Shown here: piece after piece, positions 25,883-36,769 of the stretch
Layout of the letters: each line of letters starts with the position of its first letter
Position numbering within the stretch: the stretch's first letter is position 1
Source: Dicyema japonicum
Lineage: Eukaryota > Animalia > Dicyemida
Direction of reading: 5' to 3'
DNA: 64,000 bases
Assembly: GCA_011109175.1 (NCBI GenBank)
Contig: RDEW01000007.1
Span: forward strand, 371,712-435,711
Translations under genes and position numbers: made by a program
Notes under the pieces: model-generated
Told to the model about the DNA's origin: nothing
Databases searched by the model: none
Seen by the model: only the letters and a program-made list of their open reading frames with translations

Positions 25883-27952
25883 ATGACTGAGAAGCTCTGG
25901 TCTCAGCCGCTGCTGGTGACAAACTACCAAAAACATATAGAGAACCACCTATATACATTACCAGCTAATATGACTATACAAGACCTATGGGATCAGACCA
26001 AAAGCATTATTTGCCTTGCCGCAAACACCCACCTTGGAGTGAGACGGCAGACAACCGGAAATATGTCACTTGGCCATCCAGACTCCTTATTACTGGCAAA
26101 ACAACAACGAGAAATATGGATACAGAGTCTAAACACGACGGATATACATATCAAAAACAAACTACGAACTGAACGAAATATTATCAAGAGAAGAATCATG
26201 AAGCTTAATAATGAACACTCGAAGGATGTCTTCCTATCACATCTTAGAGAGCTGGAGCAACTAAAGGACAATGCACAAATGTTCGCTGCAGTCCGACTAA
26301 TGCGAGGAAAGAAAAAAGCGACAGTACATGTTATGGATGGGAAGGGGAAACTTATCTTAAAACCAGACGAACAGATCGAATTGATTGCTGCCCATTTTGA
26401 AAAACTGTTCAATGCGAACGGCCAAGAACTGGCCCCTTTCATCGGAGAACCGCGGATGCTGGAAACAATTATCACATCTAAGGAAGTTCAGAGTGCGTGC
26501 AGTAAGCTAAAGAATCACAGGAGCGCTGGACCAGACAACATCCCTCCCGAACTGCTGAAATATGGACCTATGCGTCTATTCGAAACCATTGCGACATTGT
26601 TAAATGGAATGTTTACATCCAACTCTGTCCTACCACTGGGGAAAGGGACATTGATACCTATACAAAAGCCTAACAAACCAAAGGGACCACTAGAAAGCCT
26701 ACGCCCAGTCATATTGTTAAACACATTACGAAAAGTTCTTGCATCTGTTGCTTTGGACCGCTTAAAACATCCTGCAGGAAATTACCTATCAGCATGCCAT
26801 AGTGGATTTCGTGAAGGAAGGTCGACAGCGGACATTCTGTGGAGCCACAGGTGGCGGTGTGCAACGGCTCAAAGATACAAAAATGCCACGACCATCCTGG
26901 GGATCGATATGTCAAGAGCTTTCGACACCATTAGCCGACACAAGCTAATGGTTGTCCTTCATCAATTTGTGGACCAATCATTGCTACGGATAATCAGAGT
27001 ACTTCTCTCAAGTACTGAACTGTCAGTCCGAATTGGGAGAACTCTATCCCGACCATTCAAAACTACAATCGGCACTCCTCAGGGAGACTCCCTCTCCCCC
27101 TTACTATTTGTGATATATCTCGAAGCTGCACTAAAGGATCTAAGAACTTGCTATGAAGGAAAAATAAACGAAGTCGTATACGCGGATGATGTGGATTTTA
27201 TATCCGAGGATACAGAAGCTCTCACACATCTGCTGGAAAATGCACCGGACAAACTGGGGGAATGGTTCCTCATCGTTAACCGGGCCAAAACGGAAATCAC
27301 GGAAATCAAAAGAATGGACAACATCCTTAATGAACGTTGGCGACATGTTAATAAGCTTGGATCCCTACTGGGGGACACAGAAGACATCATCAAAAGGAAA
27401 ACACTTGCAGGAGTAGCAATGCGAAAACTCAAAAAGGGATGGCTGAAAGGACTAGATGTCAATCTGCGGATACGCATGTACAATGCATTTGTGAAACCGA
27501 TACTGACATACAATGCTGGTACTTGGGCCTGTACAGGTGCGGAATCAATGGCTCTCGATGGGTTCCACAGAAAACAGCTTAGAGTATTATTTGGCATGCA
27601 GTGGCCAGCCAGAATCTCGAATACCGGTATTTACAAAAAATGCAAGAGTAGGCCTCTAAGCCTGGAAATCACTGACGCCCGGTGGAGACTGTTTGGTCAC
27701 GTACTACGCATGGATCTTGCTGCCCCGGCTAATGTGGCGATGGAGGACCATTTCATGTTCGAGGGCAAATGCTTCCGTGGCAGACCAAGGATGACCCTAC
27801 CTATCATGCTGCACAAAGACCTCCAAAGGATGAAGAAATGCCTAAAGACGGGAGACGATCTGGACATGCTGAGATCGACTGCGTGTAACCGTGGAGGATG
27901 GAAGAGGCTAACTAATAACATTGTTTCTTGTATTGCACATGCTTTGCTATAA
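25883..27952 (+). CDS. Uninterrupted 689-aa RTE-clade reverse transcriptase ORF lacking the endonuclease (5'-truncated LINE; (TAA)n tail to ~27990)
   Basis: LRPVILLN, SGFREGRST, DMSRAFDT, GTPQGDSLSP, YADD, RWRLFGHVLR; in-frame stop at 25820 upstream; TAATAATAATAA at ~27979. Confidence 0.95.
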   Translation: MTEKLWSQPLLVTNYQKHIENHLYTLPANMTIQDLWDQTKSIICLAANTHLGVRRQTTGNMSLGHPDSLLLAKQQREIWIQSLNTTDIHIKNKLRTERNIIKRRIMKLNNEHSKDVFLSHLRELEQLKDNAQMFAAVRLMRGKKKATVHVMDGKGKLILKPDEQIELIAAHFEKLFNANGQELAPFIGEPRMLETIITSKEVQSACSKLKNHRSAGPDNIPPELLKYGPMRLFETIATLLNGMFTSNSVLPLGKGTLIPIQKPNKPKGPLESLRPVILLNTLRKVLASVALDRLKHPAGNYLSACHSGFREGRSTADILWSHRWRCATAQRYKNATTILGIDMSRAFDTISRHKLMVVLHQFVDQSLLRIIRVLLSSTELSVRIGRTLSRPFKTTIGTPQGDSLSPLLFVIYLEAALKDLRTCYEGKINEVVYADDVDFISEDTEALTHLLENAPDKLGEWFLIVNRAKTEITEIKRMDNILNERWRHVNKLGSLLGDTEDIIKRKTLAGVAMRKLKKGWLKGLDVNLRIRMYNAFVKPILTYNAGTWACTGAESMALDGFHRKQLRVLFGMQWPARISNTGIYKKCKSRPLSLEITDARWRLFGHVLRMDLAAPANVAMEDHFMFEGKCFRGRPRMTLPIMLHKDLQRMKKCLKTGDDLDMLRSTACNRGGWKRLTNNIVSCIAHALL

Positions 27953-28004
27953 CTATTATGGCAAGGCGATAAGTGCTGTAATAATAATAAGAACACCAAT
28001 AGTA

Positions 28005-28700
28005 ATTACTAAATTAATTAAGTGATCTCGAAGGCCTCAATTAGAATTCTCATTTTTTTCTCGTGCGCCTTCTGGGATCCAACACAACTTCTCTGTGGGC
28101 GGGGTGGTTTCGGGAATAGGAATTGGAGAGGAGTGATGTATACCTTTCTCATAAGACACGTCGTGGCTGTGTATTGTTGAGAGTTGCACTGCTTGCACAG
28201 GGAAGCAAATCCTTTTCTATTTTGTCGGATAAGGTCTTCAAGTGATGAAAGTATTAGTTTTTCTAGTTTCCAGAGATTCTAATAATAGTGGTTGTTATGG
28301 CCTGAATGTCCCGGATTCTTTGTTTGTTCGTCCAGGACAGATTGATTCCCCATGACGTGCAGGCATAGATGACAGAAGGCTCAATGAATTGTTTGTACAA
28401 CAATTTCAAAGCTGGAAAAGAGGTTTTAATGCCACCGAAAATAGTTTTGAATATCCCTAGCTTTCTTGAGCAGCTTCCAGAGACAGCGTCGACGTGAGGT
28501 GAAAAAAACATGTGTGTGTCGAAAGTGATCCCGAAGATTTTCAGTTTCTTCGAAAAGGTATTTTTGTATGGTTGATAAATATATCCACTGTCATTTGTCC
28601 AAGTCATTTGTCTGAAGTAATTAAAGACGAAGAAGATTTTTCAGTAGACATATCAAGCCGGTTTATAATTTAGCCAAATTTGAATCTTTGAAGGTATTCT
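28005..28700 (-). mobile_element. I-like LINE 3' part
   Basis: KIFGITFDTHMFFSPHV..LYKQFIEPSVIYACTSW; ends GAGATCACTTAATTAA. Confidence 0.75.
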
Positions 28701-28740
28701 TGTAGTCTTTCTGATGCCTTCTTAAATAATTGGAGCTATN

Positions 28741-29400
28741 GGAAGCCTGCTGCGTGGATTGCGAACGAGTTCCCTCGGAGTATGGCCATTCCAATCTTTT
28801 GTCTTAGTCAAACCCTTCTTGTTGATTCCTTTTGTTTTTGGCAAGCATTCCTCCTAGTTCTCGCAAGAACTCAACCGTCATTGGACCAACGGCTCTCGAT
28901 GATTCGGTCGCAACTAGAGTAAATCGGTAGCGATCACCGAGGCAAGAATATTTCTTGATTTTTAGGTTCTCCGCATTCGAAGCAGCTGCTCCAGGTTTCT
29001 GAACCGATTTGTAAATATTCGTGCTTGTAAACGTGTCTACACAAGTTGCGTCCCAGACCAAAGATCTTCCAGACGTTGAAGGGAAAAGGGTCATCCCAAT
29101 TCTCTTTCCATCTCCTGGATCAAGACTCACTGGTTCAAGCTGTACTGGGATGTCTGTAGCCTTCAGAGCTCTGACGATCACATCGTTCAGAGCAGCATGA
29201 CGTGGTCCTCTTCCGGCGCTTATTCTGCAGGACTGCGGGTGCAATCCCTTCGTATCGACTGTTTTCCGCATCGGCATCGGTGTTTCTGGCAAACGTTTAG
29301 TCCCAGCCTTTGTCGATTCCAATCATCGAAGAATAGTCGTCCAAAAAGTTCCCGAGGTTTGAGAAGGTATTGCACCAAGCCATGCTCCACTTCCTCCACT
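28741..29400 (-). mobile_element. CRE-like non-LTR RLE domain fragment
   Basis: RHAALNDVIVRAL..LEP..DGKR..LVWDATCVDT..AENLKIKKY..IGMAILRGNS. Confidence 0.85.
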
Positions 29401-30299
29401 TGAAGCTGACACTAAACAAGTCAGACAATGTTGATTTGTATCTTTTTTAAGGTCCTCCATAATTTTGGAGCAGACAATTATGGATTAAATTCTGAAATTT
29501 CCCAATTCCCAAATTTGCCGAAAAAAATGCTGGTACCAAAAATGGCAAATTTGGGTAGTTTACTGTATTTATTATTGTATTTAACAAATAAAAATAAAAT
29601 CAACTCTTAATTTTTAGGTCAACTTGTAATACATATTAGATAAACCTTTTATACTTTTAGGTAAACAAAAGCCAAATCCTATCACAAAAACGCTTACCCT
29701 GATGACAAGAGCCCCGCCGTTAGACCAATAATCCTAACTCTAACTTTTATCCGAAAATAGTTTTAATTAACCAATTTTTGTTAAACTCTACAAATAAGCT
29801 CTATTCTCGAGCAGTTGTAAAAGAGATTATGTATCCTATACTTTTACTGAAATAAAGTTTAATGATGAGGATCGTAATTACCTGAAAAAATTAGTCTCAG
29901 TCGTGTTATTTAAATATCCACCTGATAGTGAATAATGTTCGAACGCTTGATTGAATTTAATCAGAATAAATTTGTTACTCTTGAAAATAAAATTTCGACT
30001 TCTTTGAACATGCCGGGCGTCTATTGAGTAAGGTTGATCAAATGACGTAACCAGAAGTAAGGAAAATAAATCGTTAATCGAGTATCAACATTGCACCACT
30101 TGTTTTCTCGTCATCCATTTAAAAATAATTTTCAAAACTCAATTTTTAGACTCGTTGTTATAGAGAAAACTAGAGGGATAAACATAAAGTCACTGTCTTT
30201 TGTCAGCAGACTTTCAAAAGAGGGATACCTCAGAACGCATTGAAACTCAATGGTTTTTTAAGATTACCCGATTCCTATTATGATAGGCAAATCAGTTAT

Positions 30300-30627
30300 T
30301 ACTACACTCCAGGATAACTGTGTCAAATAGAAAAAATTGTCCACTAGGTCAGTGATCCCAGTCCGAGAAGGAAGATGACGAGTCCGGTGGGGTCGAGAAT
30401 CTTGTGCTGTTTTTCTCATCGGGGATGGTATCTGTGTGATTGTAGATCTTTTGAGATAATTTGATAAGACTTCTGTGTGATTGTAGATATTTAGATAGTG
30501 TCTGAAACAGAGGGCAGCTCGGTTGACTAGGTGTCTTTAAGTGTTTCTGTTTAAATTCGAATTCTGTTGTAATTCGTGCTTTGTGTCTACCTTGTTGTAA
30601 ATTAACGTTCCTTCCCACAAGGTTCAT
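30300..30627 (-). mobile_element. I-like LINE 3' end, same family as the tail of the composite elements
   Basis: PSCPLFQTLSKYLQS; CTCGACCCCACCGGACTCGT..CTGGGATCACT. Confidence 0.75.
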
Positions 30628-30636
30628 TGGATTGCA

Positions 30637-30842
30637 TCCACCTTACTAAGGAGACTCCCAATTTCTCGCAGGCATCAAAAGGATCAAACTATTCTTTGCA
30701 CTAGGAGATAATTTCGTTACCTGCAGACATTTTTGGGAATCGCTGAAACCGTAAGGATCAAGGAGTTAGTTAGTTTGGTTTTACCCTGGATCTAACGAAT
30801 AATTTCATTTTTATAATTTATTAAAAAGATTTCAATGGGCTT
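30637..30842 (+). repeat. 206-bp block (LINE 3' end with TTAG tail) duplicated at 33071-33277; both copies abut single Ns
   Basis: Identical sequence ATCCACCTTACTAAGG...AATGGGCTT at both sites. Confidence 0.9.
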
Positions 30843-31058
30843 NTTTGATAATTTGTTATAAGACAAAGATTCTTTTCGATGCCATCGAAGATAAAAAAAA
30901 ACGTTTTTATTACGTGAAGTGAGATTAGAGAGAGGAGGAAATTGAATTGAAATATAAGCAAATATTTTTTGATGTGTATGGAGTTTAATCGAAATGACAA
31001 TAAATAAGGTTAAAACCTTTGATGAATATTTATAGTCGAATTCAGACTGAAATCTTGA

Positions 31059-32518
31059 ATGATGTTAGTCAGTCTTTTGTTATTTCTCAATATATTTTCC
31101 AGTAAATTGTAAAATTTGATTAATAGAGATTGGATTAAGAAATCTTGGAGAAGGTAATATAATTTTTAATAAATAGGCGAGTTAGAAGATACCACTTCAT
31201 TAATTAAAAGTATAACTAGTCATTCCTATAGCTTCTACTACTCTGTCGACTACAGCAGGTTTAATGATTAGTCATTCCTATAGCTTCTACTACTCCGTCG
31301 ACGACAGCAGGTTTAATGATTAGTCATTCCTATAGCTTCTACTACTACGACTTCAAAGATAGAGTGTCTGTGATGTTATGCACAAATATGTCTGGAAATC
31401 ATAAATTAAGCTTTTATTGATTGGAAAATCAATAATGCCAAAGTGTTTTAAAAAATATGAATATCGTTGTTCTGTTTCGTATCANATTGTAAAATTTGAT
31501 TAATAGAGATTGGATTAAGAAATCTTGGAGAAAGTAATATAATTTTTAATAAATAGGCGAGTTAGAAGATACCACTTCATTAATTAAAAGTATAACTAGT
31601 CATTCCTATAGCTTCTACTACTCTGTCGACTACAGCAGGTTTAATGATTAGTCATTCCTATAGCTTCTACTACTACGACTTCAAAAATAGAGTGTCTGTG
31701 ATGTTATGCAAAAATATGTCTGGAAATCATAAATTAAGCTTTTATTGATTGGAAAATNGTCAGATTCTACCACTCGATTAACTAAAGGTATAATGACTAG
31801 TCATTTCCCTAGCTTCTTTCACTTTATGATATCTATTTCCTGAAGGTATAATGAATAATCATTTCCGTAGTTTTTGGTAATCTATTGATGAGAGAAGGTT
31901 TAATGACTAGTCATTCCTATAGCTTCTACTACTCCGTCGACGACTGCAGGTTTGATGACTAGTTATTCTTATAGAATCTAATAATCCGTCGACGACTACA
32001 GGTTTAATGACTGTTCATTATCGTCAGATTCTACCACTTCATTGACAGAAGGTATAATGACTACTTATTTCCCTAGCATCTTTCACTTCATGGAATCTAT
32101 TTCCTGAAGGTATAATGAATAATCATTTCCCTAGTTTTTGGTAATCTATTGATGAGAGCAGGTTTAATGACTAGTCATTCCTCTAGCTTCTACTACTCCG
32201 TCGACGACTGCAGGTTTAATGATTAGTCATTCCTATAGCTTCTACTACTCCGTCGACGACAGCAGGTATTATGACTGTTCATTAACTTTTGCTTCTACCA
32301 CTCCATTGACTGAAGGTAAAATGACTGGTCATCGCTCTAGCATCAACCAATCCATCAGCAAAAAATCTGACAGCAATTATTCTATTATTGACTAATACAA
32401 CCTACGAAAGAAGGTAAAATGACTGGTCATCGCTCTAGCATCAACCAATCCATCAGCAAAAAATCTGACAGCAATTATTCTATTATTGACTAATACAACC
32501 TACGAAAAAATTAATTAG
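31059..32518 (+). CDS. Micro-exon/micro-intron gene for a secreted mucin-like Ser/Thr-rich protein (interrupted by Ns and a Tigger fragment)
   Basis: Exon 1 MMLVSLLLFLNIFS (31059-31101); phase-1 GT-AG introns of 22-26 nt; internal exons all multiples of 3 (24/27/33 nt): IGLRNLGE, ELEDTTSLIK, ASTTPSTTA, ESNNPSTTT, DSTTSLTE, ASFTSWNLFPE, VFGNLLMRE; terminal exon ..NLTAIILLLTNTTYEKIN*. Confidence 0.85.
31210..32340 (+). repeat. ~52-bp tandem repeat (25-nt intron + 27-nt exon) with a ~264-bp five-unit higher-order repeat
   Basis: Period 52 (e.g. 31271/31323, 31910/31962); higher-order starts at 31759 and 32023; intron core AATGACTAGTCATT is palindromic. Confidence 0.9.
31352..31484 (+). mobile_element. 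Tigger DDE fragment fused into a micro-exon (repeated at ~31680-31757)
   Basis: RVSVML..NMSGNHKL..LIGKS matches ORF 55382-55684. Confidence 0.75.
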
Positions 32519-32649
32519 TTTGATTCATTTGTTTTTTGTTGAGTAATAATCTGTATTCTTTATTTATATCATACAATTAATGTGTATTTTCTAGACATCT
32601 ATTCTTTTTTTCTTATTTTTTCTTTTTTAATGTAATCAAACTCTTATTT

Positions 32650-33069
32650 ACCTTTTTAATCAAAAATCTTTAAACAACTAATTTAGTTAGTTTATCGTAA
32701 ATTTGCCGGAATACTATCTGAGCACACGAAAAAGGTGCGAGGACTGCTAAGATAAGCGTAAATGATCACATTAGTACTAGGATTCCTGGGAGCTGGAAAA
32801 TATCTCATTAATATATTAAATAGCTGAGGACTCAAGACTGATCCTTGTGGCAGTCCCCTCTTCATAACAATCTTTTCAGATATAAATCCTCCACATCTCA
32901 TAAATGATCTTCTCCCTGTCAGGAGATTTCTTTACCAATCAAGTAAAACTTTGAGATTCCAGCTGCGACAAGCAGATAATACAGTGTGTCATGCCAGACA
33001 CTATCGAAGGCCTTCGATATATCTAGACAGACGACACTCAGCTGATATTTGAAATTCCTGGCCTTCTCA
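32650..33069 (-). mobile_element. I-like LINE RT fragment
   Basis: RGLPQGSVLSPQLFNI. Confidence 0.7.
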
Positions 33070-34059
33070 NATCCACCTTACTAAGGAGACTCCCAATTTC
33101 TCGCAGGCATCAAAAGGATCAAACTATTCTTTGCACTAGGAGATAATTTCGTTACCTGCAGACATTTTTGGGAATCGCTGAAACCGTAAGGATCAAGGAG
33201 TTAGTTAGTTTGGTTTTACCCTGGATCTAACGAATAATTTCATTTTTATAATTTATTAAAAAGATTTCAATGGGCTTTCCGCATATAAAAAAGTTATAGA
33301 GTGCAATGAAAAATTGCAGAAGCATTTAGACAACTTGATATAGACCGTAGTGTCTACAGCGCTGGAAAACTGACAAAAATTTGTCAAATTTATCAGAACT
33401 AATGTTTTTTTCCAGATGACATGCATTTCAATTAAAAATAGCATTTATGTCAATAATTAATAGTTTTGAATGCAGTGGAATTGAATCAAAAAGCAATGAA
33501 GTTCCTATTATTTTATCATTAAAGGCTACAGTGAATTTTAGCAGAAAACAATATGAAAATGTCAATATCGCATGTGTTGAAATAGATATTGAATATGACT
33601 GTATTTCTAATAATTGGAAAAATTATTCTATAATAATGAAAATTTTGATGTATATTCAAATCGTTTTTGTATTCATTACTTTTTTGGCATTTCGGAATGC
33701 TTGCACAATTATGAAATTTATAATAAGATATTAGTATTATGAACAATCCATTGTTGAAGAATACATTATGAACACTATTCTGCCGAAGAATAATTGGTAT
33801 TTAGTTTTTAGTCAATTTATTCAAAAAAATCTTGGTTTTAATTTTTATTTTTTGATCCTAATATTTGTAATAATAAATTGTAGCGTGGCGTTGTGTGGTC
33901 CACCAATTTAAAAAATTCAATAAGATTTGGCAACTCCCTGAGGGCTTCTAATACCCTCCCGAAATGGACAATTAGACCCCTTCGCCCCGGGGTCATTATC
34001 GTCCCCCCGGCGATGTGTTTCAAGAAAGTATAAACATTCCCGGCGAAAACCTTCAGCCA

Positions 34060-35860
34060 ACTGTAGAGAAAAGAAATTTACCAATAAAACATCAACAGAA
34101 TTAAAGGAAAAGTCAGGGAACTCCGTTCACTCCTGGCAAATAAAAAAGATCGACGTGGCCATGATTCAAGAAACTAAACTCCGCATGCATGATTCCACTC
34201 CTTCATTCCCTGGATACGAGGTAATCAGGATGGACCGTAAAAAGAGAAGAGGTGGTGGACTACTTACTCTATTCAAAAAGAACATGAAATGCAGAGACAT
34301 TACTTCGGAAGTGAAAAACTTGTTAGAAATGACGAGGTTACTGAGGCAATAGGAATCTTGCTTGGGACAACGAAAGGAAGTATGTGCCTCGTGAATATCT
34401 ACTTGCCTCCTTCCGGCTCCTGCCCAAAGGACTATGTTATTCCAAACCTATCAAGATTGGCTATCTACGATGAGATCATCATATGTGGAGATTTAAACGC
34501 AAAGCACCCATTATGGTTGTCAACCCAACTGACCGACACGAGAGGGAAGCTATTGTTATTGAAATCGGACTCCCTAACGATACTGAACAATCATGCGAAA
34601 AATACAAAAACCCCATTCAGAGAGACGAATCAGCTTACCTTTCCTGATATAACACTCTGCTCATCGTCGCTTTCATCAAAAATTGATTGGTCAGTCCTCT
34701 ACGAAACAAGAATCAACCATAATCCAATTCTGATGAAGGTCATGAGAGAAGTCAGAGTGAGGAGAACACCTGCTAGTTAAAACTACAAAACTACTTATTG
34801 GGAATTGTATCGCGCAATCTCTGATGATAGATGAAGGATTGTTACTTTGTCAGCTTCAAATCGCTAGAAAGTGATCAAATACTTTACTTGCACAATTCTA
34901 GAAGCAAGATCATTGGCAATTCCCAAGCATCGTCTAAACTCCTTTAATGGTGGAGGGAAGTCGACATTGATCAAAGAAAGAAATCACCTCAAAAAATCTA
35001 ATTGGATCACATTAAAAACGAAACTCCGGATCAGAGCTCTGAACAACGAAATAAAGGTGAGAGGGATCAAGGTCATGAAATTGAAGTGGAATAGGATTCT
35101 TACAAAAGTAAATCGCAACCGTAGTACTGGAGAAGTGTGGAAAGCCATCTGAAATGTTGCAAAGGGAGAAGAAACTTCTCTCGAGGATGACTATACTCAA
35201 CAAGACATTAACAACTCTGGAGTAGTCTGAAGTAAACTTCAAAAGTAAAACGTTCGGTGTTTCGGTGCAGGTGACTTCTCAAACAAGAGGTTTACCGGCT
35301 ATAAAAGGAAAGATTGTCATCCTATTTGGTCGTTTCCTGTCCCGCATGCAAAGACCGAATAGTTCGAGCATTGACGAGCGTCCAAAGATCTTTTAACGAC
35401 TTCTTTTAAAGCCATATGTCTGGAAAATCTGATGGACTTACTGCAAGAGAGAGACTGTAATCCAAAACAGTCGATCTAGTTTCACGGACTTTAATCCCAG
35501 TCGTAATGACATTCATTTTCCAGGAAAGTACCTAAAACTCTAGTAGGAACTGCGTTGAGCGAGGCACCGCTCACGGAAGACGCCCCGACCAAAGACAGGC
35601 AGGGCTGTTTCGGCTAGATGACACTTGCAAATCTTCAAAAGAATTCAAGCAGATCGTCCAGACGTTCTGGGAGAACGGGAAATACATGGAAAGCTGATAT
35701 GCACGGCTCCAGGCCTCAAGATCATGGCCGGCGTCCTTGTCGATAGAGAATTCAGGTAGAGAGTTTAGAATATTCTTGACAAGGAGTTACAGGCAATTAG
35801 CGAAAATAGATATGCAGGGATAATAAGGTCTAGTAAGTTTCGAATTCCAACTCCTCCGAG
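34060..35860 (+). mobile_element. Decayed I-like LINE (endonuclease plus start of RT)
   Basis: IQETKL, RRGGGLL, NIYLPP, GDLNAKHPLW, PDITL, NHNPI. Confidence 0.8.
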
Positions 35861-35931
35861 TCTCATTTTACAAAATTAATAAAATTAATATTAATTAATT
35901 TTTTAATTCATTATTAGGTCACTTTCTGATA

Positions 35932-36769
35932 ATGCTCCTATTACTAGGTTTATTAAATAAATTAATAATAGTCATATTTGCGTGTTTAGTAAGCAATAGA
36001 AATGTGTCGCAGAATATTGATACTTTTGAAAAATTGTCTATTAATGTCCCTGTGTGGAGTGGATTCGATAATAACCGCGTTGTATCGTTGTTTAGTGGGA
36101 TAATTGAAGTTGAATATAAAATTAATAATACTGTAATCAGGTTATATTTATAAAGATAAAATATGAAAATTTAATTGACGCAATTTTTTACTTTAAATTA
36201 CCACGAAATTTTTCACCTTATGAGCTAAAATGGAAGAAAAATGATGTAGAATTCAAAATTTTAGCTTCCCATGTATCAAAAAAAATATATTTTTTCTGGG
36301 AATTAACATTTATTTCCATTCATAGACATATGTTTACTCCAAGTATTAATATTTGGACGACTGGTTATTACAACTGCTCTGAGTAGTCGTAAATATTTCT
36401 GAATCTGCAACTATAAAAATAAGAGATATGAAAATGCAACTATCGAAATCAGATAATAACAAAATATTTACTGGAAAAAGTAGTTATAATAACTGATAGT
36501 TAGCACATGGATGTGATTTTGAAAGAAATCTCCAATTCGAATCAACATCCCATATGAGTAAAAAAATAAAAACAACTACTTCGCAACGTTATATAAAAAA
36601 TACAATGCACTCTCATACAATAAGTAATATTAAGTTAAATTTAGAAATCAAATCTCCAGTACTAGTTTGTTTATTTGGTGGGATAGTTGTGATCTTTGCC
36701 GTCGTTTATCTAATAATATATAAAAGAAGACGTTTTTATCCATTACAGAATGGCATATTTAATTACTAA
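35932..36769 (+). pseudogene. Type-I single-pass membrane protein with possible Ig-like segment; several stops and frameshifts
   Basis: Signal-like MLLLL|VIFACLVS after a 24-nt intron; ELKWKKN and TTGYYNC; 21-nt intron before TM VLVCLFGGIVVIFAVVYLII followed by YKRRR. Confidence 0.55.

Noticed and set aside
25993-27999. Minus-strand ORFs of 100-160 aa opposite the RTE RT
   Set aside because: Shadow ORFs of the coding strand with no independent features
29699-29757. Hammerhead ribozyme (CTGATGA...CGAAA)
   Set aside because: Stem II closing pair would be C-C and no convincing stems I and III were found
31486-31757. Second copy of micro-exons 2-6 as a biological duplication
   Set aside because: Bounded by single Ns and almost identical to sequence just upstream; probably a contig overlap
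31210-32340. CRISPR-like array (palindromic constant part plus variable part)
   Set aside because: Variable parts are homologous to each other and are in-frame exons; constant parts are GT-AG introns; no cas genes; eukaryotic context
33290-33746. Small membrane-protein gene (ORFs 33447-33734 and 33519-33746)
   Set aside because: Hydrophobicity is explained by AT-richness; no consistent splice model found
34009-34047. Second 2A motif upstream of an I-like endonuclease (GDVFQESINIPGE)
   Set aside because: Spacing and residues do not fit DxExNPGP
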